Shown here: positions 11,783 through 25,164 of the stretch, piece by piece
How positions within the stretch are numbered: position 1 is the first letter of the stretch
Layout of the letters: each line of letters opens with the position of its first letter
Source: Chiloscyllium plagiosum
Lineage: Eukaryota
Assembly: GCF_004010195.1 (NCBI RefSeq)
Contig: NC_057718.1
Span: 104,436,828-104,500,827, forward strand
Length of the DNA stretch: 64,000 nucleotides
Direction of reading: 5' to 3'
Program-made: the position numbers and the translations under genes
Notes under the pieces: model-generated
Told to the model about the DNA's origin: nothing
The model's input: the letters and a program-made list of their open reading frames with translations, nothing else
The model's database searches: none

Positions 11783-13109
11783 CTGGGGGAGTGCAACACC
11801 ATCAAAAGGTGCTGTCACCTTTCAGGTGGAGATATTAAACCGAGGCCCAGGGCACAAACATCCCACAGCATTATCTGTGAGCAAAGCTGGAAGCTGCTCC
11901 CAGTGACCGGCTGAAATGTACCCCTCGCTCAGTATCATTAAAGATGATTGTTGATTTCTCATCACATTGTGCACAGCAAGCTCCCACAGCAAGAAACTGG
12001 CTTCTTGCTTCCTAACTTAACAACCAATGACTACACTGCCACAGCTTGTCACTGTCTGTAACAAAATTGCAAAAGGCTTTTAAAATAGTTTTAAAAAGTA
12101 AAAGAATGCTGACCGCTTGCTAGCCCACGATCAAAGGGGAAATCTAATTGCGGGGACTGAGGACATGAAAGGGTTATTAAAAACGGTGATGGAAAGGAAA
12201 TGGTGTATTAGAGAGAGGTACAGAAGAACCGGTAAGTGCAGGTGAGGAATTATTTGGAACATCTCAATGGATTTCGGGTTAGAGAATCTCCTAGCCCCGA
12301 TGGCTAGCCTTCTAATCTGTCAAGTGAGGCCAGGTAAAAAGACACTGCAGTTGTACAACTTTCCAAGATATAAACCGAGTCAGGGAACAGCCTGGTTTCA
12401 GAAATAAAACAGGTGCCACAATCCATTAATATGCATCACTCAAGATGAAGTTATTAAATATTCAGAAATGTCTCAATTGGTCAATGACCAGTCAAATTTT
12501 GCTAAAGTCAAGTTATATTTGAAAAATTAATTGAGGCTTTCTTGCTTTGAAGTAACAGGATTGACGGATGTTACGGGGAGGAATTTCTTAAGGGTGACAA
12601 TGTAGCTGACTGAGCGATCACAGCCAGGGGACCATGCAGCTTACAAACCAGCGTCCAACTACACAATGGAAGGAGAAGCCTAATAAAGAAGCTGCCTTTC
12701 CATCTCTGAGGAATTGCAACTCGGAAAAGTGAGGAAGTGATGTTTCCACTGTACAGCGCTGTGATCAGACCCACCTGAAAGACTGCGCTCACCACAGTGG
12801 GGCCAAAGATTAAACATTAATTTAGAAGGACAGCCAGCACAAACCTACCTTGTGCTACATTCCCTTGGCTTTCGAGGTTTGAGAGCTGATACCATTAAGA
12901 TCAAGACAGACTTAAGTGACAAGAGAAAGAGTTTCCCTCTTTGGTGGGCTCTCTCTCTCGGGCAACACTATTCGACCTAGACCTATGTCCCTGCACATAC
13001 AATGCGGTTTGGAATTTGTTCAGCTCAAAGGCAGCGAATCATTGGAAATTTGCAAGATGTCACTGACCATTTCTTACAAATGTAGCAGGGGAATGGAGGT
13101 ATTGATATA

Positions 13110-13445
13110 GAATCATAATCCCTGCAGTGTGGAAGCAGGCCAATTGGCCCATCAAGTCCACACTGATCCTCCAATCAGCATCCCACCCAGACCCAGCCCC
13201 CTACCCCATCCTTGTAACCCTGCATTCTCCTGACTAACCCACCTAATCTACACATCCCTGAACACTATGGGCAATTTAGTGTGACCAATCCACTTAACCT
13301 GCTCATCTTTGGACTGTGGGAGGAAACCCACACAGACACGGGGAGAATGTGCAAACGCCACGTAGACAGTCACCAGATGCTGGCATCGAACCCAGGTCCC
13401 TGGTGCTGTGAGGCAGCAGTGCTAACCACTGAGCCACCGTGTCAC
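13110..13445 (-). mobile_element. HE1-like V-SINE
   Basis: Reverse complement of the 2076-type consensus (gaggcagcagtgctaaccactgagccaccgtg). Confidence 0.9.
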
Positions 13446-15201
13446 CCATATGGATCAAAAAGATTTACGGTGAAGTGGCATGAAGATCCATCCCACCACG
13501 ATCAAAAGTGGATGGTGGGACATGCTGCCAAGCCCGAATCACACTGGGAACCTACCGGCACAAGGTATTTATCAGTAAATACTGAGCAGCCACTGCAGAA
13601 ATAACCAATCCTTGTTGTTTTATTATTTCTTGCTGAGTTATAGAAGCCGGCTTTGATTCAGGAGCTGCAGATCCCCCCACCCCCACCGTCAGAACAGGCT
13701 TGCCACCATTGCCCTCGGACGAGGGCGCAGCAGTATTTACAATGCTCCAACAAACATTCAACCAACAATAAAACCGGACGTGCTACACCCACAGTGAATC
13801 AACATCGGATCAGTCACTGAGGCGAAAACAAAACCAGGCCTGATGGGTGCAGTGCTGAAGCCAAAAGGAAGGGAAATTTGTGCGATGAATTATTTAACAA
13901 AGCAGTGCCAAAGGACAGATGCCAAAAAGGAAAGGCTTCTTCCTCCCAGTCACCCATGGATTCACTGCTCTAACAGCAGTCACCTCAAACAGAGCCGGTC
14001 AAGTTTGAGAGATCAGTACACTCAAATACCTCAAAACCCCCAACACCGGGAGGGAAAGACCACAGCTCAGTAAAATCCAAGGCAGGAATTCAGATGAAAA
14101 TACAATCGATGGAACTATTTCAACTCTTGAAATAACGACGACACGTAACAAGAAACTAAAGGCTGGGTCAGAGTTAAACTGTGACAGCTGTTTAATTCCG
14201 AGTTGCCCCACTTTAGGTGACGCCACTTACTCTTACTTCAGAAGTGTTATGAAGAGGCTGTTGTGGCACAGTGGTGGTGTCCCTACCTCTGAGCCAGGAG
14301 GCCTGTGTTCAAGTCTCTCCTGCTCCAGAGACATGCATTGTCATCCCTGAACAGGCTGCTTTAAAAACCTGCAAATATTATGACTGTGCTCAGACAGAAA
14401 GGCTTGGAGAGGTCAGCGAAGATGGCCATTTCTCAGGGTAAAGGGACTTTGACTCTGTCGGAGTTATTAGCACTGCCCATGTTAATGGGTGGACATCAGG
14501 CAGTTATAGCATTACTGATGTATGTTGTGCAGCCTAATTTCCTGGGGCAGGGGAGTGTAGTCAGAAAACTAAAATGAAGACCTTCCAAAAGACTTCAGGA
14601 AGTCAGGTGACAGCAATAATTTGTATTTACACAGTGCCTTTTATGCAGGTGAATCCCCAAAGAACTTGATAGGAATGTTACCGAACAACACTCGACAGCA
14701 TGAGAAGCAAAGGGAATGATGAGAAGAAGCTTGGTCAAGGAACACCCTGCGTGGGAGGGGCAACTCCAGAGCAAGGTGAAGTGGGGTGGGGGGGGCGCTG
14801 CCACTGGTGCTGGGATTAGCATTGACGATCATCAAGAGGCCAACACTGGAGGAGGAGAGCAGAGACCTCAGATAGTTGTACAGAGAGGCCGGGCCTGGAA
14901 TGGGTTAGATATTGGGAAACTTGAAAGCCCATGGAAGTATTTAAAAAGAGAAGGAGCAGATGTCAGAGCAGAAACGGATGTAGATCAGGAGGCTCAGGCT
15001 TAATTGATGAACGAACAGTGCGAGATATGGACAGCAGAGTTTTGAATAAACTCATGTTTGGAGGATACAAGAACAGAGAGCAGCTGGTTAAGTGAAACAG
15101 AGAGTGCCCCTTTCTTTATGGATACAAATTTTCTTAATCATTCAGAATTTGCAAAGTGAGGAAGCAGAGACCAAGAAAGATTTAGATATCACACTGCTAT
15201 T

Positions 15202-15294
15202 CCTGAAGAAGGGCTTATGCCCGAAACGTCGATTCTCCTGTTCCCTGGATGCTGCCTGACCTGCTGCGCTTTTCCAGCAACACATTTTTCAGCT
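15202..15294 (+). mobile_element. PLE-derived family-1 half element with hammerhead-like core
   Basis: Near-exact reverse complement of about 4895-4975. gctatt direct repeat at 15196-15201 and 15292-15297. Confidence 0.78.
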
Positions 15295-15518
15295 ATTGTA
15301 AAGTTTACTACATGGTCTGTCCCACTCTCCCTAGAATCCAAAACTTCCTGAAAATCCAATCCAATTAATCCCATGACCACGCTCTTTCAAAGCTTTCTTT
15401 ATTAAATATTGAGCCAAACTTCTTTAGGGCCAGATTACAAATTCTACTCTTACCACTGCTACTTGGGATCCCATTCCCTACAACTGCTTCAGAAAATATC
15501 TTCTGACATCACCCATTA

Positions 15519-15833
15519 GGGCGGCACAGTGGTTAGCACTGCTGCCTCTCAGGGCCAGGGACCCAGGTTCGATTCCAACCTCGGGCGACTGTGTGTGTGG
15601 AGTTTGCACATTCTCCCCGTGTCTGCATGGGTTTCCTCTGGGTGCTCCAATTTCCTCCCACAGCCCAAAGATGTGCAGGTCAGGTGAATTTGCCATGCTA
15701 AATTGCACAATGTTAGGTGCATTACTCAAGAGGGAAACGAGTCTGGGTGGGTTACTCTTCGAAGGGGTCGGTGTGGACTTATTGGGCCGAAGGGTCTGTT
15801 TCCACACTGTAGGGAATCTAATCTAATCTAATC
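15519..15833 (+). mobile_element. HE1-like V-SINE (a truncated second copy follows at about 15893-16000)
   Basis: gggcggcacagtggttagcactgctgcc..ggttcgattcc, V-domain, and (aatct)n tail. Confidence 0.9.
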
Positions 15834-16267
15834 ATTTTGTTGAGTTTATGCTCTCTCTGGAAAAACACTGCAATTACCCTCCATTAGAAGGGGTGACACG
15901 ATGTCTCAGTGGTTAGCAATGCTGCCCCACAACATCAGGGAGCCAGGTTTGATTCCCACCTCGAATGACTGTGTGGAGTTTGCACATTCTCCTCATATCT
16001 CCCAGTGACACTGCAACTGAACCATTGCTTGTCCATTTTTCCCAAAGTCCTAAAATTAATAATTGCATGCTAAACAATATTTGAAGGGGGCAGTTAACAA
16101 GGGAAATGCTACAGCTATAAGGAGCTGATATATCTGCACATATTCAACATGTACCAGATGCAATCTTTTACCAAGTAATTTATTTCTGCCGCTTAATGTT
16201 AGGGCATGGTTTAAGTCCACTATCGAAGACAAACTGCAACCAATTCAGATTAAGACTTCAAGTTGTA

Positions 16268-16620
16268 GGAACAGAAATAGGCCATTCAGCCCATCAAGTC
16301 TGCTCCACCATTCAATGGCTGATCTGATCATCCTCAACTCCACTTTCCTGCCTTTTACTCATAACCCTTGATTCTCTTCCTGATTAAAAAAAAAGGCATC
16401 TCAAATACTTAATGACCCAACCTCAAGCACACACTGTGATCAAGAATGCCATGGGTCACTATCCTCAGAAGAAATTTCTCCTCAGCTCAGTCTTAAAAGG
16501 GTGATCTGTTGATCTGAGATGATGCCCTTCTGGTCTATGACTCTCCCACAGGGGGAGATAACCTTCCCTCATCTCCCCTGTCAGGTCCTCCAGGAATCTT
16601 GTATGTTTCAATAAGGCTAC
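16268..16620 (-). mobile_element. CR1 LINE 3' end, antisense
   Basis: ggccattcagcccatc..agaagaaatttctcctcagctcagtcttaaa. Similar antisense copies at about 38275-38570 and 52510-52830. Confidence 0.8.
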
Positions 16621-19600
16621 CTCTCTCTCTAGGATTTTAGCGAAAAGGATATTGGCATAAAACATGTAAAGGCAATAGAGTCTGGAAGCCAGCAAAACCA
16701 TTACTATGGAAAGCTGAGTTTGTCAAACGCTGAGAAATAACCTAACAAACAGAAAATCAGCAACCGCAAAAGTTTTATAAAGTCACCAGCTTCCTTAGTG
16801 CAATCAGAAATTGTGTCCAATGTTAAGATTTTACTAAAGTCTAGAAAATGACAGCCGATGTAATTCAACCACTGATGTCTGTATTGGAAAAGGACTTTAT
16901 AAATATATGACAGCTGACAAAAACCCACGCTGGGCTGGACAAACGTAGTATTTTGTACAGACATGTTCTCCAGCAGCTTCTTTAAACCATTGCTCCTGCT
17001 ACTTATTCAAGTGCCCCATGTTTTGCTTCCTGCTAACATTTGCACAGTTAATACATGAAATTTGAGAAATTCTACAAATCGCCAAAGCTTAAATTAACTA
17101 TGCATATAGTACACAATGTACTCATTTCAAATATTAAATTATGTTCAGTTGCTTTATAGCAGAAGAACATGTTGTAACAGAATGCAGAGAGATTCCGATG
17201 ATATTGACGATGAAATCTATTGGCTTGAGGCCTGTAACCCAGGGTATGGTGTATTACTAACCAGCGGACTCCTTGTATGGCCAATTTTCCAGCACAAATT
17301 ATCCCGTGCATGGGGCCTGAGAGAACGGGTGGGGTGGGGGGGACAGGGCAGGGTGGGGGGAGGTGTAAGACCTAACGTTTATAACCCTCCTTCCTGACAC
17401 TAACCCTGCGCTGCATTCTGTTCATTATATCACATTCTTGTGCAACACTGGGTGACCATCAAAAGTACACTTGTGAATTTAAACAAAGCCTTTCTGGTAA
17501 TTAAAAAGAGTGTACATGTAGCTCTCTCCAAAGTACAGTGGCTTAACTGGAATCAACTCATTCATAAAAAAAACACGAGAACACTGGAACTTGGCACAAG
17601 GAAGAACCAGCTCCCAGCATTTCAAAACAATCACCAAGGTTCAGCCTTATCACAGGAAGACAAAATCATTCTTTTGCATCCTGTATAGTCAATGAATGGC
17701 AAATTAAAACCCAAGGAACATTTAGTTCACATTAAGTAATGACGGGATAATATTCCAGACACACATGGTTACAAATTCAGGACTTTACAAATGATACAGT
17801 CAGTATCCCCCACTACAATCACTCAAAGAGTCTACTTTACTTTATTAAATTACACAAGATGTTTGGTGCACATGGCAACCACACATTGCTGATTGCTACA
17901 AAAATCCCATCTGGGTCACCAATGTCCTTCAGGGAAGGTAATCTGCTGTCCTTACCTGGTCTGGCCTACATCTGACTCCAGACCCACAGCAATGTGGCTG
18001 ACTCTTAACTGCCCCTTTGAAAAGGGCCCTAGTAAGCTGCTCAGTTCCAGGGCAATTAGGGACAGACAGCAAATTCAAGTCCTGCCCGAATATCTGAGGA
18101 TCTTGCTCTATATCAAAACAGAGCTTTGCTGGAGCAATGGTGGAGCATCATGGGATGGTCTACTGCATGGTAGGCGCAATGGAAGGTCACGATGAGCATC
18201 TTAATGAGAGCCAAAGGAGGCTGATATAAGGCAATCGCTGGGGCCACTGGTAACTGAACATGGAAAGAGGATTTCAATAGCAGAGAAACAAGATGAAAGA
18301 AATTCCTGCTCCAAACGGTCACACATTGAGTACATCACGGAGCTGACCCACACAGGCCACTGAACCTCGCGAAAAGGTCACAAAAATAAAAGGTGCTTTA
18401 CAGGAGAAGTGTTATAGTCAGGTCACCGCACTTCAAAGGTCACACGTCAGTGACAGAAAGATATTGCCGCTGGACTGATGAATACAAGGAGTTGGAAAAA
18501 GGTAGGTGTTCAAAATGGACACAAAAATGCAACTTTACACATCATAATGAAAGACAGAATTCACTGCATTGAACTTTCAAATTGTTACTTCCTCTCTTTT
18601 AGCCCTTTGCATCTGACTTACAAAGTTAGCAGGTAATCTCAGAATGCAAACAGGATCAATGTTGCACTTTATCACTCAGAATTGATGAGCAATGTGACCG
18701 GTTGGAGCACAGTTTGCAAGGTTCCAGGCATATACCATTTAATGCGCATTTATGAAGGTGTATTAGTCTAAATTGACTCTAAACACCAGGTGTGTACAGG
18801 TAGGTGATGCTACCAACAGACAGGTACGCTGACAGTGTCCACTATGTCCCATCTACCTTCTTCATGGGGCAAGGGAAGTGATGTAACACCCAGGTGAGAA
18901 AACCACGTCCAATCTAGAACGGGCCTGTGATCTACTAGACTCCCAGACTCTATGAATATTCTCTCTGTCACCAGACTCTGTATTCACAGGGGATTGAGGA
19001 ACAAAGGTGTTTCACAATTCGAGGTCAGTGCTAGTGCTGTGCACAATGCTTGCAAGATGTGATTTAGCTATCTGAGAAAATAACATTTCACCGAGCTTGT
19101 CACCTGAACGTAACAATAAAATCAAATTACATCAATCTGCCTTCCAAATGATAAGAAATATGCATTAATTAGTCTGTATTAAGTATATGGATGACACAAT
19201 AATAAAGTTCAACAGGTTCGCAAAACAAGACCAGGGAAGAAACTGCCATTGTGGAGACCACCGACCACAAGAAAGGGGGATCTCAGAATGGTTCTCCCCT
19301 GAGTGGCAGATGGCACAATGTCAAATTCAAATGACGAGCTCAGAGAGATTTCAGAAATGTGTTGTTTCCCATGTCATTCGGAGGGATGGAAATGGTTCCA
19401 AAAAATGGATCAAAGAGGGATGCAATGGAAGACCAGGAGGATGATAAAAAGAAGGAAATTTGATTGTCTGGGAAACTCTGAGCTTTGGGACTGTCTAAAA
19501 TAAACCTCTCAAGAGCAGTACCCAACAACTGAATGATAACAGGTTTTTGAAAAATACACTAAACATGGTAGAGAACCTCAACACCAACAGAGAGGTCAAA

Positions 19601-20099
19601 AAGGTTCAAAACACATGGAATGAACTTCACCCAAAACATAATTTCTTTAAAAATGTAATACCGAGCATGCTCGAACATATGGAGAACAATTGTGGAGTAA
19701 TGAGGATGTAGACCTTATGCCTTATGATGAAGATAAGCATGAAGAAGGTACGCACCTTGACCATGAGATGAAGTGTTTGCTGCTTTCAATGGTGACCAGC
19801 GATTTCAAAAAAACTCAAAGCTAAATATTACAGTGAATTCATTGTTTATTTATAGATTGAATGAGATGTACAGCTTGCATTGTTATAAAAATGAGTAAGG
19901 TTAACACGGAATTTATCTTGTCATAAATAACAAATGTTAGCCAATTAATACTAATTCTTAAGTGCTGCTGGTTTTAACTTTATCTTACTGTGAATGTTAT
20001 TTTTGAATAGAATTTGAGCTCGAATCAATCACATTTCAGAGATTTTGTGATGAACTTTACAGTAACCATACCCCGTATAAGCTCCATGACCATCGATCA

Positions 20100-21300
20100 A
20101 TGGAAACATCCAGAGACCGGTCAGTGGTGGGGAAGCTTTAAGCAACAATTATTGGGGATAGTTAGTTATCACATGGGGACAGGTGGGGTGGTGAAGAGAA
20201 GTCAGCCTGGATGTCTAAAGGGGAATTCTTGTCTCACTTGCTGGCCCTTTCTTTTTCAAGAGGGTAACAGGAGATTATGCTGCTGGTGTGGTGTACATAG
20301 ACTTCCAGAAGGTGTTTGGTACACAGTGCCACATGACCGACTTTGAGGATAGCTATAAGTCATGGAATAATAGGGCTAGTGATTGGAAACACAATGATGG
20401 ATATCTTGGAGGCTGGAAGTGAAATTTCCCAGGCCCTGGTTTTGGCAGCCTGGCTTCTCCTGATCTTGGTGCGCAGGGGACAATTACAAACTGGCTTGAT
20501 GCTGTGAAGCCAAGGAGAACTATAAAACCGTCAGGAGGACAATGTAGAACCTCACAAAGACATTGATAATTCACTGGAGTGGGCAGGTGAGGTTCAATGC
20601 AGCAAAGAATGAGGTGATACACTTTGTCTGGAAAAACATTGAAAGACAGTATAAAGTAGGGGGTACAATTCTAAAAGGGAGGGGGTAGGAGCAGAGGGAC
20701 CTGGGTACATACATGCACAGATTACTGAAGGTAACAGGACACATGGAGATAGCCTTTAATAAAGCAGGCAGTGTCCTCCCTCAGCTTTGTTAATGGGGAC
20801 ATGGTACAAGTGAAAGGAGGTGATGTTGAACTTGTACACAAGACACTGGTTAGACCTCAGCTGGAGCAATGTATCCAATTGTGGGTGCCACATTATAGGG
20901 AGAGGTGTGCACATATGGGAGAGAGAGCAGAAGCAATTCACAAGCATGGTTCCAGGGTTGAGAAAGGTCAGTGATGAGGACAGATTGAAGAGACTGGGAG
21001 AAGACTGAGTGGAGGGGCTTGGACAGAGGAGATAGAGAGAAGCTGTCCCTGCATGGAAAAGCATCAAGAATGAGAGGGCAGACTCTTCAAGTGATTTGCA
21101 AGAGAAGCAAGGGTGATGTGAGAATTAACCTTTCACCCAGTGACTGGTTAGTGTGTGGAATGCACTGCCTGCAAGTGAGGTGGAGGCTCCCAGAGGGCAC
21201 TAGGTGGTTATTTAAACCCGACCAAATGTGTCAGGTTAGGGGAAAAGGGCAGGAGCATGGCACAGTCGTAATGCTGATTTGGAGGGCCAATATAGACGTG
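20100..21300 (+). mobile_element. Old decayed CR1 LINE fragment
   Basis: Remnant motifs SQPGCLKGNSCLT, DFQKVF and KTLVRPQLEQCIQLWVPHY, broken by frameshifts. Confidence 0.78.
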
Positions 21301-22319
21301 CCTTCACTATAACACACTCATCAGCCTTTTGTTAATCCCCAATCTAAAATGCGTGACTTTTGAATGAATTTTTTAAGCCTTCAATCTCTTGGCCGCTTTC
21401 TCCTTCCCAAGTTTAACATGAAGCACAATGACAGGAGAACAATTTGAATTTGGATCCCCATAATAAAGTCAGGCCTTTCCTGAAAGCACATGGCAGTGAA
21501 GGGCATCAGCTCATCAAATACACAGCCAAACATACTACGCAGCAGATGCTTACTACAATATCTATGTCTCATGTGTGTTAACACCTCTGCTAGTATCCAG
21601 ATATCAAAAGACATTAAAAACTTCAAAATCCTTCTCTCAAACATGAAGCCACTTTAATGTTGAATTACATGAGGAAACATCCCTTTGCCACATTGACATT
21701 GTAACCATCAATTCTACACAAGAATCAAAGCCCAGGCCAAGTGGTCTGCACAGTTTTCAGAGGGAAACACCCCTCTCTGTGGTCTAACCACACAAATTCT
21801 CTCAGAACTGTTCAATCTGCAGCACTGCATTGGAGCAGAACTAGAGGTTAAAACCTGCCAGCAGCATTGAGAAGATTTGTTCATTATCGCAACTGCCTCC
21901 AAATAACCAGGTTAGAAACCAAGATGGTTTACCAGCTGCTTGGAGACCTTGTTGTGCCTTCCATTGAATGATAAGGCATTAACTACTTCTCGTCTTGTGT
22001 ACACAGAAAGCTATACATCTAATTGCTTGGTTGTACACACAACTTAAACATTGATTAAAAAAAGACAAAGTAAAACTTTCTCTTGCACCAATTTAAGCAA
22101 ATCAGATGGGCTTGCAGTGTGTTCCACCTGTGTATGCTAGAAGCTACTGAGATTCCCACACTGGAGCCTCCGTGTTGGCACACAGGGTTGGCCCTTCTCA
22201 TTGGGACAGGGACATGGAGACTGCCAATCCCTGCTGTACTCCCACATGGCAACACAGTGACCAATCAATAGTCTGCTGTGCCTGGTTTGAGGTCAATCAA
22301 ATGTTCCAGCAACCTCCAA

Positions 22320-22597
22320 TCATAGAATCCCTTAGCAGCTCATTCGGCCCATTGAGTCCACACTGACCCTCCAAAGAGCAGCCCAACCAGCACCCCCCTC
22401 CTACCCTATTCCCTGTAACCCTGCATTTCCCATGGCCAATCCACCTAGCTTGCACATCTTTGGACTGTGGGATGAAACCGATGCAGACACGGGGATAATG
22501 TGCAAACTCCAAACAGACAGTCGCCCAAGGGGGTGGAATTGGCGGATCCTTGATGCCGTGAGGCAGCAGTGCTAACCACTGAGCCACCGTGCTGCCC
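22320..22597 (-). mobile_element. HE1-like V-SINE
   Basis: Same family motifs, in reverse complement. Confidence 0.88.
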
Positions 22598-23014
22598 TAA
22601 TGCTGGATAAATTGGTGTTCCCATTTTACATTTGGTTTCTTGCCTCCTAGTCCTGATGAGCTCAAGATGAACTTCAACTTTCATCTCTTTCTCCAGCACC
22701 AGGTAAGATATACACCTGTATGATAACTCAAGCAGCTGGTGATGGATGGGATCAAGGGGACTGCGTTTTACCCAGCTGCAGCATCACTACATAGGGGCGG
22801 AGCTTGGTTTGAGATAAAGCTAAAACCTCCACCCCAATCAAATCCTTAACCCTCATAAGTCAATATGAAAATGACCTGCATTCATTACAAGTAGGTACAG
22901 TTTCTAATATATTTAATAGGCTAATACATGTGCAGTGCCACATTATTGTGAGAGAGCGAGAACCCGACAGTGAGTGAACATGCACTGGTGTGTAAAGTGC
23001 GTAGGAGCAAGTGA

Positions 23015-23112
23015 GTGCGAGAGAGTGAGAGTGTGTGTGAGAGAGGATGAGAGTGTGTGTGTGAGAGGGTGAGAGTGTGTGTGAGAGGGTGAGAGTGTGT
23101 GTGCGTGTGTGT
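23015..23112. repeat. Compound (GA)/(GT) microsatellite with ~18-bp units (gagagtgtgtgtgagagg)
   Basis: Directly visible in the sequence. Confidence 0.9.
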
Positions 23113-23904
23113 ACTGGGGCAGGAAGAGGTGAAGAGTGGGATGGGGCACGCTGAATGTAGGCTGAAGGATGATAAGGACATTCAGTCATTGCCTGGCAGG
23201 TAATTAAAACCTCACATTTGAGCCAAGACAGGGCCTGGAGAGAGCACCAGAATCTAGGCTTAACCAAATGGATGGGTTTCAACTTTACAAGGAAGAGAAA
23301 GGAACCAAAGGTGCCACATTAGAAGGGTATTAACCGGCTTATTAATGAGGATCAGCTCCTCTCCTTCTCACACATTGTCACCATTAAGAATGTAGTAACT
23401 AACTGCTTGCAGCGACTGCAAGTTTGTACTAATTCTCAATACACACTAACAACATTGATACCAAGCATCCAGCAATAGAAATTCAGATACTGACACATTT
23501 AACAAGTGTCTTTTCACATTTATTGTCCTCCAATAATTTCTTTTGTTCTACAAAAGCCTTCTTCTGATGTTGGCAGCTTGCTGGCCTTTCATTGCCCTGG
23601 TACCAATTTCCCATCCACAGGATGCTCAGCATGCATAACGTTTCCTGGGAAACATGGCGTGTGTGTGTGTGTGTGTGGGGGGGTGGGGAATCATAGACAA
23701 ACCCAACTGCCTCTGCACCTGACTTAGGCTCACCGATCAGATCTCCCACACCACAGTCAGCACCACAACCCTCGGTCCTTTACCATCTCACAAACCCATA
23801 GCTGCAAACCCAGCCACTCGCTGGACTCAGAAATGCTGCATTTGTAAGGCTGTTGGAAATCGGATTTGGGATCTTTCGCGTTTTTTCCGGTCAATGCGTG
23901 AACT

Positions 23905-23918
23905 GAGAGAGAGAGAGG

Positions 23919-23951
<33 letters not shown>

Positions 23952-23958
23952 GGGGGGG
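23905..23958. repeat. (GA)n microsatellite followed by a G-run
   Basis: Directly visible in the sequence. Confidence 0.95.
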
Positions 23959-25164
23959 CAGAAGGGGGAAAAGATGAAAGCAAAAGGTCCTTCCAAGCAA
24001 TCCTTCAAGAGTCAGGTATTCAACAGCAGGAGCTCCACATCTCTCTCTGTCCTTGGCCAATTCATCGAAGGCTCTACGGTAAGCACACTGCTGTCCAATT
24101 AATACATATTTCTCTATGTTCTAGTTAGCATAGTGAGCTGGTGTCACAAGATTCAACATCATGCTGCACAATATTAACCTCATTCCTGTAGTGCCTGGTT
24201 TCTGTTGGATTTGGTACCATCATCATTTCACCAGATCAAAACTGGACAACCTGACAGACAAGGTCGAGGCCACGGCACTACAGGAGGACATGAGAAGTAA
24301 TTTTATGGCTCATTTTGATGTGAACCTAGCAAGAGCGCTCACTGACAGAAAAGGGTCCAGTGATTGGGTTTCCTCCCCCCTCAGACACATGCACTCGAAT
24401 CTCAGTTGGCATCAATCTCTAAACCAGAACAGAAAATTAGGGTTTACTGTCAAGCCCAAGTGGGAACCCAGAACAAAGTTAAAACACAGTGGGGTCGAAT
24501 CTTCAATAACACTGAAGAACTGCATGCTTACCTCTCACTGGGGATCATTGTGAACCCAGAAACATCACAGCAGCAGCACAATGCTCAGCATATTCCTGGG
24601 GGCTTCAGAACAGACTGTCACAGTATCTCATACTATCCACATCCCACACTACCACCTTCCAGTAGGATCTGCACCACATCGTGGAGGTTTAACTGAGGCA
24701 TTTGCAGCTCATGATTCAGCCTCCCTTCAGAAATTCATCACATCAACGCAGATGAGTCACTTAAGGTTCAGTCTGCAATTGCAGACCTACGATTCCCTCA
24801 TGTCATATTCATATGCTGCCTCTCCAGTAAAGATACACAGGGGCTAGAGAAATCCTGGAAGTACAAAAATCCAGGATATAAGTCTGACAATTCCCTTCCA
24901 TTAAGTATAAGAATTCCTTTTTAAATTGATACAAGTCCTATTACTCAACATTTAATGATTTCAAAAAATGTAAAATATTCGAACAAATGACTCAATGCGA
25001 ATGTAGTTCAAAGGCAGTAGTCACCACATACAGAAAAACGAGACCCACTAAAACAGAGAAATGATTCCAACATACAAACTGGTACTGCCCTAATTTGGTC
25101 GATCAAGAGAAAGGGAACCCCACCCCCTGCCAACAAAACGAATAGTTTGAATCTAAATAAGTTC

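Noticed and set aside
22860..23282. His/Thr/Ser-rich ORFs
   Set aside because: Translations of the compound microsatellite.
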